A stretch of DNA of 45,783 nt from Alphaproteobacteria bacterium. Its GTDB lineage: Bacteria; Pseudomonadota; Alphaproteobacteria; RS24. The stretch is taken from the NCBI GenBank assembly GCA_022428185.1, contig JAKMCZ010000126.1, forward strand, positions 1-45,783, read 5' to 3'. A model generated the notes under the pieces. The model did no database searches and was not told where the DNA came from. It saw only the letters and a list, made by a program, of their open reading frames with translations. Of this stretch, positions 28,677 to 37,019 are shown one piece after another. The position numbers and the translations under genes are program-made. How positions within the stretch are numbered: the first letter of the stretch is position 1; each line of letters starts with the position of its first letter.

Positions 28677-29069
28677 CTAAGAGGCCACTTGTTCCAACTG
28701 CTTGCCCATTTGCTCCCACAGCATATTGACGGCCTGCAAAGGCCGCACCATGACTTTGAATCTGGTAATCAGGCCGTCATCATTAAAGTCGATAATATCG
28801 ACGCCATTGACGTATTTGCCACCCATTTCGGCTTCGAATTCCAAAATCATGCGGTTACCGGCTTCGGTTTCATGGACATATTCGAACTTGGTGTCGGAAA
28901 ACACGACACCGGCCGACAATAAATATTGCATCGCCTTGTCTTTGCCTTTTTGCGGCGTGAAGACGACGGGCGAGATGAATTCAACATCATCATGCAACAT
29001 GGAAGACAGAGCTTCTTTGCTCGGGTTTTCCATATAGGCGTGCCATTTGGCAATCAGTTCTTTAGACAT
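28677..29069 (-). CDS. SnoaL/NTF2-like protein
   Basis: F.SPVVFTPQKGK, LEF...VNGVDII...FKVMVRPL. Confidence 0.85.
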   Translation of the reverse strand: MSKELIAKWHAYMENPSKEALSSMLHDDVEFISPVVFTPQKGKDKAMQYLLSAGVVFSDTKFEYVHETEAGNRMILEFEAEMGGKYVNGVDIIDFNDDGLITRFKVMVRPLQAVNMLWEQMGKQLEQVAS

Positions 29070-29123
29070 ATCGCGTCCCCCTCATTGGCGGCCAGCTTAA
29101 GGCTTTGTGCCGGTGCTGCCAAT

Positions 29124-29154
29124 AAAAAAGGGCCGGCGCGGTGCGCCGACCCTT
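29124..29154 (-). terminator. Rho-independent terminator of the proteorhodopsin gene
   Basis: Minus strand AAGGGTCGGCGC-ACC-GCGCCGGCCCTTTTTT, 20 nt after the stop. Confidence 0.8.
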
Positions 29155-29174
29155 AAAATCAATCTAATGAAAGA

Positions 29175-29957
29175 TTATTTTTTCTTGGTTTTGCCTTCAC
29201 TCTCGGTGACGGCAACGTGCCAGATAATCAGGCCGAAGGCGATTTTGTTCAGCACATCTGCCAGATTGTAAATAATGTTCAGCGTGTTTGAATCGACGCT
29301 GCCCATCATGTAACCCAACAAATAGCCGAGCGGATAAATCGCCCAACCGAAAGTCACAATATACCGCATCAGGCTAAAGGCTGACTGCACGGCAGGGCTG
29401 GCATTTTCAGCATTGAGCTGACCGGCCTCGCCACGGAAGATTTCATACAACACGTATACCCAAGCTGCGGTTCCCAGAACAAAGCCAGCAGTTACATCCA
29501 TGTAACCGGCTTCACCCAGATAACCGAAGACCAGCATCAGCGTCGTACCAATCAGTAGGCGCCAGAAAACACGCGCCGGAACGGCGGTGATGGCTGACAA
29601 GATGAGGAAAAACTCAACCATCAGCAGCGGCACCGTAATCAGCCAATCGATATAACGATAAACGGTCGGTGTTTCGCCAGTCGAAACCCAAACGTCACGC
29701 ATATAGAAATAGTGAACGGCGGCAACCAGTGTCACCAAGCCGGAAACCGTCAAAGAGGTTTTCCATTTTGCGTCAACGCGGTCACGTTCGATGAAAAAGA
29801 AAACGGTTGATGCCACGAGGGCCATTGAAATCAACCAAAAAGAAATGCCGACAAAATCGTCGGGCTCAAGATTGGCATCAGCCGCTATGGCGAGCGACGG
29901 AAGACCAGAGAAAGCCAAAGCTGCAGCAGTGACTTTCCAACGCTTAACAATATTCAT
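29175..29957 (-). CDS. Proteorhodopsin, DTE proton pump, green-tuned (Leu105)
   Basis: AVHYFYMR (His75), YRYIDWLITVPLLMVEF (D97/T101/L105/E108), NLADVLNKIAFG (Schiff-base Lys); signal peptide; GGGAG SD before ATG 29957. Confidence 0.97.
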   Translation of the reverse strand: MNIVKRWKVTAAALAFSGLPSLAIAADANLEPDDFVGISFWLISMALVASTVFFFIERDRVDAKWKTSLTVSGLVTLVAAVHYFYMRDVWVSTGETPTVYRYIDWLITVPLLMVEFFLILSAITAVPARVFWRLLIGTTLMLVFGYLGEAGYMDVTAGFVLGTAAWVYVLYEIFRGEAGQLNAENASPAVQSAFSLMRYIVTFGWAIYPLGYLLGYMMGSVDSNTLNIIYNLADVLNKIAFGLIIWHVAVTESEGKTKKK

Positions 29958-30092
29958 GTTAGAACTCCCATGATTTAACAAAATTATCATAGCGTGTCAG
30001 AATGACGCGGCTAGGAAAAAAATCGATTTTTTCAAAAAAATTGCCCTTTTGGCCCAATTTACCCCTAAAATCAGCTTATTGCGGGGTGTAGC

Positions 30093-30599
30093 GTGGATAT
30101 TCCTAAGTTAAAACAAGGCCTTAGAGAAGATTTGTCCGATATTTTGGAGCGTTCGCGCTTTGTCGAGCGCCAAAAACTGGCGCAAAGCAATGCCGTGCAT
30201 CGGCTGACCCGCGCCGAAGCGATTGCCACTGCTGCCAATTTACACGAGTTATTAGGCTGGATTCCTGAGCTTTGCGTCGAAACGACAGGGCAAACCAAAG
30301 CCACCGCCATCAACATTACGGCGACCGTGACCGGAGCCGAAACCATTTCGATTACCGGCCTTGTCGCTGTGCCGGGCGATTTGCTGAGTGCCGATTTCGA
30401 CGCGTTAGAGCACCCGACCTATGTGTTGCTCGATGAATTCAGCGGTGATTCGCGCCCGATTGAATCGCGCGAAGCTCTGTCATTGGCACTTTTTGAAGGT
30501 TTCACCCGCAGCTATCGCGAGCGTTATGAATTCGTGCTGACCGATCCGGTGCTGCGTGAAAAGGCGATTTTGAAAGCCGGTCATTTAGACGACGAATAA
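30093..30599 (+). CDS. Hypothetical protein
   Basis: 168-aa ORF (GTG start) filling the gap between two confident genes; no recognised motif. Confidence 0.6.
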   Translation: MDIPKLKQGLREDLSDILERSRFVERQKLAQSNAVHRLTRAEAIATAANLHELLGWIPELCVETTGQTKATAINITATVTGAETISITGLVAVPGDLLSADFDALEHPTYVLLDEFSGDSRPIESREALSLALFEGFTRSYRERYEFVLTDPVLREKAILKAGHLDDE

Positions 30600-30600
30600 G

Positions 30601-31089
30601 CTAATGCCCTTGATGGGGCATATGATGATGCCCGTGATGAGGAGATGGCTTTTGCCGCTGCATCGGTTGCGCGCTGACCGAGAGCGATGCGCCATTTGCA
30701 AAATTGAGTGTCACCTCAATGGCTGCTTCCTTGTCACGTTTATCACCGCGAAAGCCAAACAGCATGAGGTGATGTCCGCCCGGTTTCAGTGCCAACTTGC
30801 CATTGGCGGGCAGAGCAAAATCCGTCACCTGCACCATGCGCATCATGCCGTCGGCTGACGTCTCATGCGTGTGTAATTCAATTCGTTCAAACGCATCGCT
30901 GGTCGCGCCGACCAACTGCGTCGCGCTGCTTTTATTATGCAGGGTGACAAATAAAACCCCCGGGCGGTCACCAATGCCCAATTTGATGCTCGGGGCATGG
31001 GCCATAATCGCCATATCGTTGCGTGGGTCGGCATGGAGCGGGTTTAACGCAAAACCCAGCAGGCAGAGTGATAAAAGCAAAAAACGCAT
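30601..31089 (-). CDS. Copper chaperone PCu(A)C
   Basis: Signal peptide; IELHTH....GMMRM...LKPGGHHLML; His-rich C-terminus. Confidence 0.92.
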   Translation of the reverse strand: MRFLLLSLCLLGFALNPLHADPRNDMAIMAHAPSIKLGIGDRPGVLFVTLHNKSSATQLVGATSDAFERIELHTHETSADGMMRMVQVTDFALPANGKLALKPGGHHLMLFGFRGDKRDKEAAIEVTLNFANGASLSVSAQPMQRQKPSPHHGHHHMPHQGH

Positions 31090-31271
31090 AGACTTTCCCC
31101 AATCAAAACGCGCGTGTTAGCGACTGCGCGGGCGCAATATATAGCACTGAACGCAGTTTTGGCAGTGAATATGTCGCAGGGTGTTTTATCGGTCAAAAGG
31201 GACTTTTTCGCTTGTCTCGCATGGTCATTTTTCCCTAAGCTTTTAGCAGTTGTAGTGGGGAGGACGCTGAA

Positions 31272-33515
31272 GTGGCACATCCAACATTGAATCAAAAGCA
31301 GGGCACAATTGTTAACGTCATTGCGCTGGGGCTTATTGCGCTGGGCATGGTCGCTGCGACATTGAGCCAGAGCGATGATGACGCTTCGGGGTCGATTAAT
31401 CGCGGTGGCGCATCGGCCAGTGCGAGCATCGGTAAAATCGACACGCCGCGCATCGTCAATGCGGAAAGCGAGCCGGGCAATTGGCTGTCTTATGGTCGCA
31501 CTTATGCCGAGCAGCGCCATTCTCCCCTGACGCAAATCAATAAAAAGACAATCGGTGATTTGGAATTGGCGTTCTCCGTCGATATGTACACAACACGCGG
31601 GCTTGAAGCCTCGCCGATTGTTGTCGACGGCATTTTATATATGACCGGCTCTTGGAGCGTGGTGCATGCGGTCGATGCCAAGACCGGTGAAGAAGTTTGG
31701 TCTTACGACCCTGAAGTGCCGGGCGACTGGGCGCGCAAAGCGTGTTGCGATGTCGTCAATCGCGGAGTTGCGGTTTATGACGGCGCAGTATATGTCGCCA
31801 GCCTTGACGGCTATCTGATCTCGCTGAACGCCGAAACCGGTGAAGAAATTTGGCGGGTCAATACGATTATCGACCGCAGCCGCGCCTACACCATCACCGG
31901 TGCGCCGCGTGTTGCCAATGGTCGTGTGTTTATCGGCAATGGCGGCGGCGAATATGGCGTGCGCGGCTATGTAACCGCCTATGACGCCAAAACCGGCGAA
32001 CAAGACTGGCGCTTTTATACTGTGCCGGGCGACCCCAATAAGCCGTTTGAGCACCCTGAAATGGAAGAAGCCGCGTCAACCTGGAAAGGCGGCGAGTGGT
32101 GGAAAATCGGCGGCGGCGGAACCGTATGGAACTCCATCGTTTATGACCCCGATACTGACACGGTTTATCTGGGCGTCGGCAATGGCAGCCCGTGGACGCG
32201 CTCCATTCGTTCGCCCGGTGGCGGCGATAATTTGTTCTTATCGTCAATTGTCGCGCTGGACCCGAACACCGGTCGCAAGAAGTGGCATTATCAAACCACA
32301 CCCGGCGACACTTGGGACTATACCGCCGTGCAAGACATGATGCTGGCCGATATGGAAATCGATGGCGAAGAGCGCAAAGTGATTATGCAAGCGCCGAAAA
32401 ACGGTTTCTTTTACGTGCTTGACCGCGAAACCGGTGAATTGCTGCGCGCCAACCCGTATGTGACGGTTAATTGGGCCAGCCATATCGACATGGAAACCGG
32501 TCGTCCGGTGGAAAATGACTCGCGCAATTTTTCCGAGACCAACAAGTCGCAATGGATTTTGCCCGGCCCGCTTGGCGGCCATAACTGGCAGTCGATGAGC
32601 TTCAACCCGAACACCGGTCTGGTGTACATTCCGGCAATGGAAAGCCCGCTAGTGTTTGATGTCGACCACGACTTCAAAGCTACCGGTCGCTATAAATATA
32701 TTGAGGGCGGTTGGAACACCGGCATTGAGTTCGGTCGTTTGCTGCCGCTCTTGGCTGAGCATCCCGACTTCCCGCCCAATAAGGGTTACATCACAGCTTT
32801 TGACCCGCTGACCGGCAAGACCCATTGGATGCGCGAACATTCGATGCACTGGAATGGCGGCACCATGTCAACCGAAGCGGGGCTGGTGTTTCAGGGCAAT
32901 GGCGATGGTTATTTCGTCGCTTATGATGCCGAAAACGGCGAGGAAGTGTGGAAGGTCAACACCTACACCTCAACCATCGCACCGCCCATCACTTACGCGA
33001 TTGACGGCGAGCAATATGTCGCCATTCAAGTCGGCTCCGGCGGTGCAGGCGGTCTGACCGACGGTTCGGCCATGCCGGCGTCCAATAAATGGGGCAATTT
33101 CGGTCGTCTGCTAGTGTTCAAGCTGAACGGCGGCGGCTCGATTGACCAGCCCGAGCATTGGGCGCGTGAAATCCCTGAGCCTCCGAGCATTGAGATGGCC
33201 GACGCGGCGATTGACCACGGCATGGAGCTGTATCACGAGGTCTGCACCTTCTGTCACGGCATTGCCGTTATCGGCGGCGCGGCGGTTCCCGATTTGCGCA
33301 AAATGAGCGAGCAAACGCATCGCATGTTTAAGGAAATCGTACTGGAAGGCGTGCTGGAAGATCGTGGCATGTCGAGCTTTGCCGACCGCCTGAGCGAGAA
33401 AGATGTTGAGGATATTTACACCTTCATCATCGCGCGTTCTTGGCAAGACTATGAGGCACAAGAAGCAGCCAAGAAAGACGCAGCCGAGAAAACCGGCATG
33501 CTCAAGCTCAACTGA
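31272..33515 (+). CDS. Type II quinohemoprotein (PQQ + heme c) alcohol dehydrogenase
   Basis: WLSYGRTYAEQRHSPL, vicinal CC (ACCDVVNRG), WDYTAVQD, QAPKNGFFYVLDR, C-terminal CTFCHG...PDLR...GM. Confidence 0.95.
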   Translation: MAHPTLNQKQGTIVNVIALGLIALGMVAATLSQSDDDASGSINRGGASASASIGKIDTPRIVNAESEPGNWLSYGRTYAEQRHSPLTQINKKTIGDLELAFSVDMYTTRGLEASPIVVDGILYMTGSWSVVHAVDAKTGEEVWSYDPEVPGDWARKACCDVVNRGVAVYDGAVYVASLDGYLISLNAETGEEIWRVNTIIDRSRAYTITGAPRVANGRVFIGNGGGEYGVRGYVTAYDAKTGEQDWRFYTVPGDPNKPFEHPEMEEAASTWKGGEWWKIGGGGTVWNSIVYDPDTDTVYLGVGNGSPWTRSIRSPGGGDNLFLSSIVALDPNTGRKKWHYQTTPGDTWDYTAVQDMMLADMEIDGEERKVIMQAPKNGFFYVLDRETGELLRANPYVTVNWASHIDMETGRPVENDSRNFSETNKSQWILPGPLGGHNWQSMSFNPNTGLVYIPAMESPLVFDVDHDFKATGRYKYIEGGWNTGIEFGRLLPLLAEHPDFPPNKGYITAFDPLTGKTHWMREHSMHWNGGTMSTEAGLVFQGNGDGYFVAYDAENGEEVWKVNTYTSTIAPPITYAIDGEQYVAIQVGSGGAGGLTDGSAMPASNKWGNFGRLLVFKLNGGGSIDQPEHWAREIPEPPSIEMADAAIDHGMELYHEVCTFCHGIAVIGGAAVPDLRKMSEQTHRMFKEIVLEGVLEDRGMSSFADRLSEKDVEDIYTFIIARSWQDYEAQEAAKKDAAEKTGMLKLN

Positions 33516-33536
33516 GCGACCTCACATTGAAAAATT

Positions 33537-33571
33537 AAGGGCGGCCCGCCACCATGCGGGTCGCCTTTTTT
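33537..33571 (+). terminator. Rho-independent terminator after the ADH gene
   Basis: AAGGGCGGCCCGC-CACCAT-GCGGGTCGCCTTTTTT. Confidence 0.85.
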
Positions 33572-33592
33572 ATTTGGCGATAAGCGGCCTAG

Positions 33593-33691
33593 CGGGTGCT
33601 TCAACCCCGTCTCGCTAGCGGCACTTCGCGCGGCTGCTCGCTTGGGGAAGGCGCACCGGGTTCGCCACAAGGCGAACGGGTGCTTTAACCC
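33593..33691. repeat. 15-bp direct repeats (14/15 identical) flanking hairpin-rich sequence
   Basis: CGGGTGCTTCAACCC (33593-33607) and CGGGTGCTTTAACCC (33677-33691); internal hairpin GTTCGCC-ACAA-GGCGAAC. Confidence 0.45.
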
Positions 33692-34236
33692 TTTGGGGGT
33701 AAATCGCTGCCGGGTAGTTCGCGGAAGTCGAGCTTCAGGCGCTCTTCTTCGCCGGCGCTGTCGGGGCGGGCTTTATTGCCGTCGCGCTGCTGAATTTTAT
33801 CGACATCATCGGGCGTCGCCGCCTTATAGCTGAGGCGCGCTTCCAAATCGCGCCCATCTTCTTTTTTCTGCAAGGCGTCGTCCACCTGCTCGGCCAATTC
33901 GGGCGAGAAAGGCAGTTCGTAGAGCCTCGGCTCGCCGGTCGCCAAACCGCGCGATGTCAGCTTTTGCCCAAGAATATAAATTGCGCCTTTTGTGCCGCGC
34001 GCCTTATCGGGCTCTTCAACCACCGCCCAATGCAGCTTGAACGGGTTGGGCGGCTCGTCGGCAATGGCCCAGCCGCGCAGGTTTTGCGCGCCGTGATAAG
34101 TAGCCAGATAAAGCAGGGTGACGGCAGCTATCGCGCCGATTTTTATCTCGCGGCGATATTTGGTTTCAAGGTTAAGCGTCAGCAGCAGCGCCGCCAGCGC
34201 CGCATAAGCCAGCCCCAAAAGCAGAGGAATACTCAT
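33685..34236 (-). CDS. Hypothetical membrane protein (2 TMs plus soluble domain), third gene of the MotA-like operon
   Basis: Two N-terminal TMs; PRLYELPFS and C-terminal FRELP...LPPKG; ATGA coupling. Confidence 0.8.
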   Translation of the reverse strand: MSIPLLLGLAYAALAALLLTLNLETKYRREIKIGAIAAVTLLYLATYHGAQNLRGWAIADEPPNPFKLHWAVVEEPDKARGTKGAIYILGQKLTSRGLATGEPRLYELPFSPELAEQVDDALQKKEDGRDLEARLSYKAATPDDVDKIQQRDGNKARPDSAGEEERLKLDFRELPGSDLPPKG

Positions 34237-34883
34237 TGTGACCCCGCTTGGTTGGTATTTTCTTGTTTGGAGTTGAAATCTTCAGCCCGGATAAGCAGCT
34301 TGTCGCGCGTCGCCATTTCCAGCACCTCGCCGGTCGCGTTGAGGCGGAAGCGAATGGCGGTTTGCTCATCGCCCGCGCCGGTCAGCACATTATTGCCGGC
34401 AAAAATAACTTTCACTTGCGGGTTCAGCTTTTCCACCTTCACCTTTACCGGTACGGGGCTGCCGCTTTCCGCCTTATAATGCAGCACATTGACCACATAT
34501 TCGCCCGCCGCAATGCCGCGAATGGTGACGGTCTCTTGATTGAGCGGGTTTTCAATTTTCTTGCCCGACACGATGATGGAGTCGCCCAGCCAACCGCGAT
34601 CATCGCGGTCGAGATGCATCAGTCCCGCCTCGCGCGCATCAAACCACACCAGATTGCCTTCGCCGTCTTCGACAATCAAATCGACATCGTCTTGGTGGCC
34701 GTCGGGCCATTGCGCGGTAATCATAAACTCGGCTTTCGGGTTTATTTTTCCGTCCGTCACTTCCGGCCTTATAAGAATAAAGGCGACGCAAAACATGAAC
34801 GCAAAACCCAATAGCGCATTGAACAGAATATCGGTAAACGCATTCTGGTCTTCGTTGGGCGCGAATAATTTATCGCCCGTCAT
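34233..34883 (-). CDS. Single-TM ExbD/MotB-analogous subunit with a YfaP/DUF2135-like soluble domain
   Basis: FTDILFNALLGFAFMF TM with Asp; W...DVDL.V.D..G...LDRDD.G...NQETVTIR...GEY.VNV.HY. Confidence 0.7.
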   Translation of the reverse strand: MTGDKLFAPNEDQNAFTDILFNALLGFAFMFCVAFILIRPEVTDGKINPKAEFMITAQWPDGHQDDVDLIVEDGEGNLVWFDAREAGLMHLDRDDRGWLGDSIIVSGKKIENPLNQETVTIRGIAAGEYVVNVLHYKAESGSPVPVKVKVEKLNPQVKVIFAGNNVLTGAGDEQTAIRFRLNATGEVLEMATRDKLLIRAEDFNSKQENTNQAGSQ

Positions 34884-35401
34884 GCAGCTTCCTCAATCAA
34901 CCGCTTTTGCATGGCATCGGCCAGAAATTGAAACTGAAAGCGCAGCACAATATTGGCAATTAGACCGGCGAGGGTGGTGTAAAGCGCCACCGCCATACCG
35001 GCTGACATGGCGGCCAGCGCCGATTGCAGGCTGGCGGCATCAAAGCTGGTCAAATTGCCGATGGGCGCGAGCATGAGGATAAAACCGATAATCGTGCCCA
35101 ATAGGCCGATTTTCAAAACACTGTCGGCGGCAAACCAGCCATGATTAAGCCAGCGCGCCATATCATCTTCAGGCAGTTGCGTCGTCATATCTTCCGTGCG
35201 GCGCAGCAAAATCAGCCAGCGCGCGCTCATCGCTGCCCAAATGGCAAGAATGAGCCAAGACAAGCGACTGCGGTCACCTTCCAGCAGCACTGCCAAAAGT
35301 CCGCGATCGAACAGCAAATAGCCGCCGAATAAAATCAAACCGAGGACAATCAGTCCTTGTTGCAAAGCTTTGCTGCTTCCATTGGCTGGCGTGTCAGACA
35401 T
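34880..35401 (-). CDS. MotA/TolQ/ExbB proton-channel family protein
   Basis: IGLLGTIIGFILML and GMAVALYTTLAGL signature helices; GGGAGG SD before ATG 35401. Confidence 0.88.
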   Translation of the reverse strand: MSDTPANGSSKALQQGLIVLGLILFGGYLLFDRGLLAVLLEGDRSRLSWLILAIWAAMSARWLILLRRTEDMTTQLPEDDMARWLNHGWFAADSVLKIGLLGTIIGFILMLAPIGNLTSFDAASLQSALAAMSAGMAVALYTTLAGLIANIVLRFQFQFLADAMQKRLIEEAA

Positions 35402-35546
35402 TGGTTTCCTCCCAATTGGGCGCCAGTCTAGGCGGCTAATTTGTGGCTGTCGAGAGCAAGAATGACTTGCACGCGCCACCGCCGCGTCATCTTAGCGCTT
35501 GCTAATCAAGCGGTTAAGTGCATCATTTTCGTCTAGGGAGAAATTC

Positions 35547-36935
35547 ATGAGTGCAACAGATGCAGACAGCGTTCGGCTGGCTTCGGCTCGCCGCATAAGC
35601 TGGTATGAGATCTTTTGTTATGCCATGCCGCCGGTCGGCGCGGGCTACATGTTCTGCCTTGTCACGCTTTACACGATGAAATTTTCGACCGATGTGCTGC
35701 TTATCGCACCGGCACTGATGGGAGCGATTTTCGGCCTGTCGCGCTTTTGGGACGCGATATCAGATCCGTTGGTCGGCTACTTATCCGACAAAACCAAAAC
35801 CCGCATGGGTCGCCGTCGCCCTTGGCTATTGGGCGCGATATTGCCGACGGTGCTATTTTTCTGGATGCTGTCGTCGCCCGCCAATGGGGTCAGTGCGGGC
35901 ATGCTGGCCTTATGGATGGGGGTCGCGATTATCGGCTTTTTCTCGGCCCAAACCATGTTCATCGTGCCGCATATGTCATTGGGGGCAGAGCTGACCGATG
36001 ATTATCACGAGCGGACAAAAATCTTTGCGGCGCGCCATGCCGGTTGGATTGCCGGTTACATCTCCGCTTTGGGCACGATGTATTTACTCATTCTGGCTGA
36101 AGGCGAGAGCGAAGCGGCGGTGCGGACACTTAATGCGGACCAGTCGCTATTTGCCGGATTATTTGCCGCCACCTGTTTGCTCATCTGCGTTTGGGGTTTG
36201 CGCGAGCGACCTGAATTTATGGATAAAGCCCCCGAAAAGCCTTGGGAAGCAGCGCGGGATATTTGGCAAAACAGCCATGCGCGCTTGCTGCTAATTGTTA
36301 TCTTCATCGAAAATTTGGGCGGCGCGGCGATTACCATTTTGACGCTTTATACGGCGCAATATGTAATGAATGCGCCGGCTATGGCACCGCTTTTCATCCT
36401 CTCTTATATGGTGTTTTCGTTCATACTGACGCCGCTATGGATGCCGCTGGCAAGGCGCTTTGGCAAAAAGCGGCTATGGCTCGGCTCTATGTTGACTACC
36501 GCGATTGCATTTGGCTGCATGATAACGCTGGAGCCCGGCATGGAGATGCGGCTGATTGTGTTGGCCGCTATCGCCGGCGCGGCGGGCTCTTGCGGCGGCA
36601 CGATTAACCCGTCCATCAAGTCGGATATTATCGACCTCGATGAATACCGAACCGGCGAGCGCAAAGAAGGCGCATATTTCGCGGCTTGGTATTTCGTTTC
36701 CAAATCAGCCTATGGGGTGATGCTGACGGTTACGGGTTTTGCTCTGTCGATTGCCGGTTTTGTGCCCAATGTCGAGCAAAGCGCGACGGTTATCTGGACC
36801 TTTAAGGGGCTTTACGCAGGCGCGCCTTTTGTCGCTTATATTATCGGCGCGATTTTGTTTACCCGCTTCAAATTCGACGAAAACGAGCATAAAAAAGTTA
36901 TCGCCGAATTAGAAGCCAAACGCGGTAAAAAATAG
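35547..36935 (+). CDS. GPH family (MelB/UidB-like) MFS symporter
   Basis: WDAISDPLVGYLSDKTKTRMGRRRPW, LGAELTDDYHERT, DIIDLDEYRTGERKEG. Confidence 0.92.
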   Translation: MSATDADSVRLASARRISWYEIFCYAMPPVGAGYMFCLVTLYTMKFSTDVLLIAPALMGAIFGLSRFWDAISDPLVGYLSDKTKTRMGRRRPWLLGAILPTVLFFWMLSSPANGVSAGMLALWMGVAIIGFFSAQTMFIVPHMSLGAELTDDYHERTKIFAARHAGWIAGYISALGTMYLLILAEGESEAAVRTLNADQSLFAGLFAATCLLICVWGLRERPEFMDKAPEKPWEAARDIWQNSHARLLLIVIFIENLGGAAITILTLYTAQYVMNAPAMAPLFILSYMVFSFILTPLWMPLARRFGKKRLWLGSMLTTAIAFGCMITLEPGMEMRLIVLAAIAGAAGSCGGTINPSIKSDIIDLDEYRTGERKEGAYFAAWYFVSKSAYGVMLTVTGFALSIAGFVPNVEQSATVIWTFKGLYAGAPFVAYIIGAILFTRFKFDENEHKKVIAELEAKRGKK

Positions 36936-36943
36936 GCGGCCAC

Positions 36944-36979
36944 AAAAAAGGGCGGTTTGATGAACAAGCCGCCCCTTTT
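36944..36979. terminator. Bidirectional Rho-independent terminator
   Basis: AAAAAA-GGGCGGTTTG-ATGAA-CAAGCCGCCC-CTTTT between convergent genes. Confidence 0.8.
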
Positions 36980-37019
36980 CAAATCTGTTCAATCGGCTTT
37001 ACGCGGCCGACTTCGTGCT

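Noticed and set aside
29175-29957. Carotenoid-antenna (fenestrated) or blue-tuned rhodopsin
   Set aside because: By-eye alignment puts Phe (AGFVLG), not Gly, at the fenestration position and Leu, not Gln, at position 105.
31272-33515. Lanthanide-dependent dehydrogenase (XoxF/PedH type)
   Set aside because: The active-site motif is WDYT, lacking the extra Asp (D-x-D) that ligates lanthanides; the C-terminal heme c indicates a Ca-type II enzyme.
33685-35401. Zorya ZorAB, flagellar MotAB or Tol/Exb system
   Set aside because: No long ZorA tail, no OmpA-like domain and no zorC/D/E, tolA/B, tonB or flagellar neighbours.
35502-35517. Second CtrA-like box CTAA...TTAA
   Set aside because: The spacer is 8 nt, not 7.
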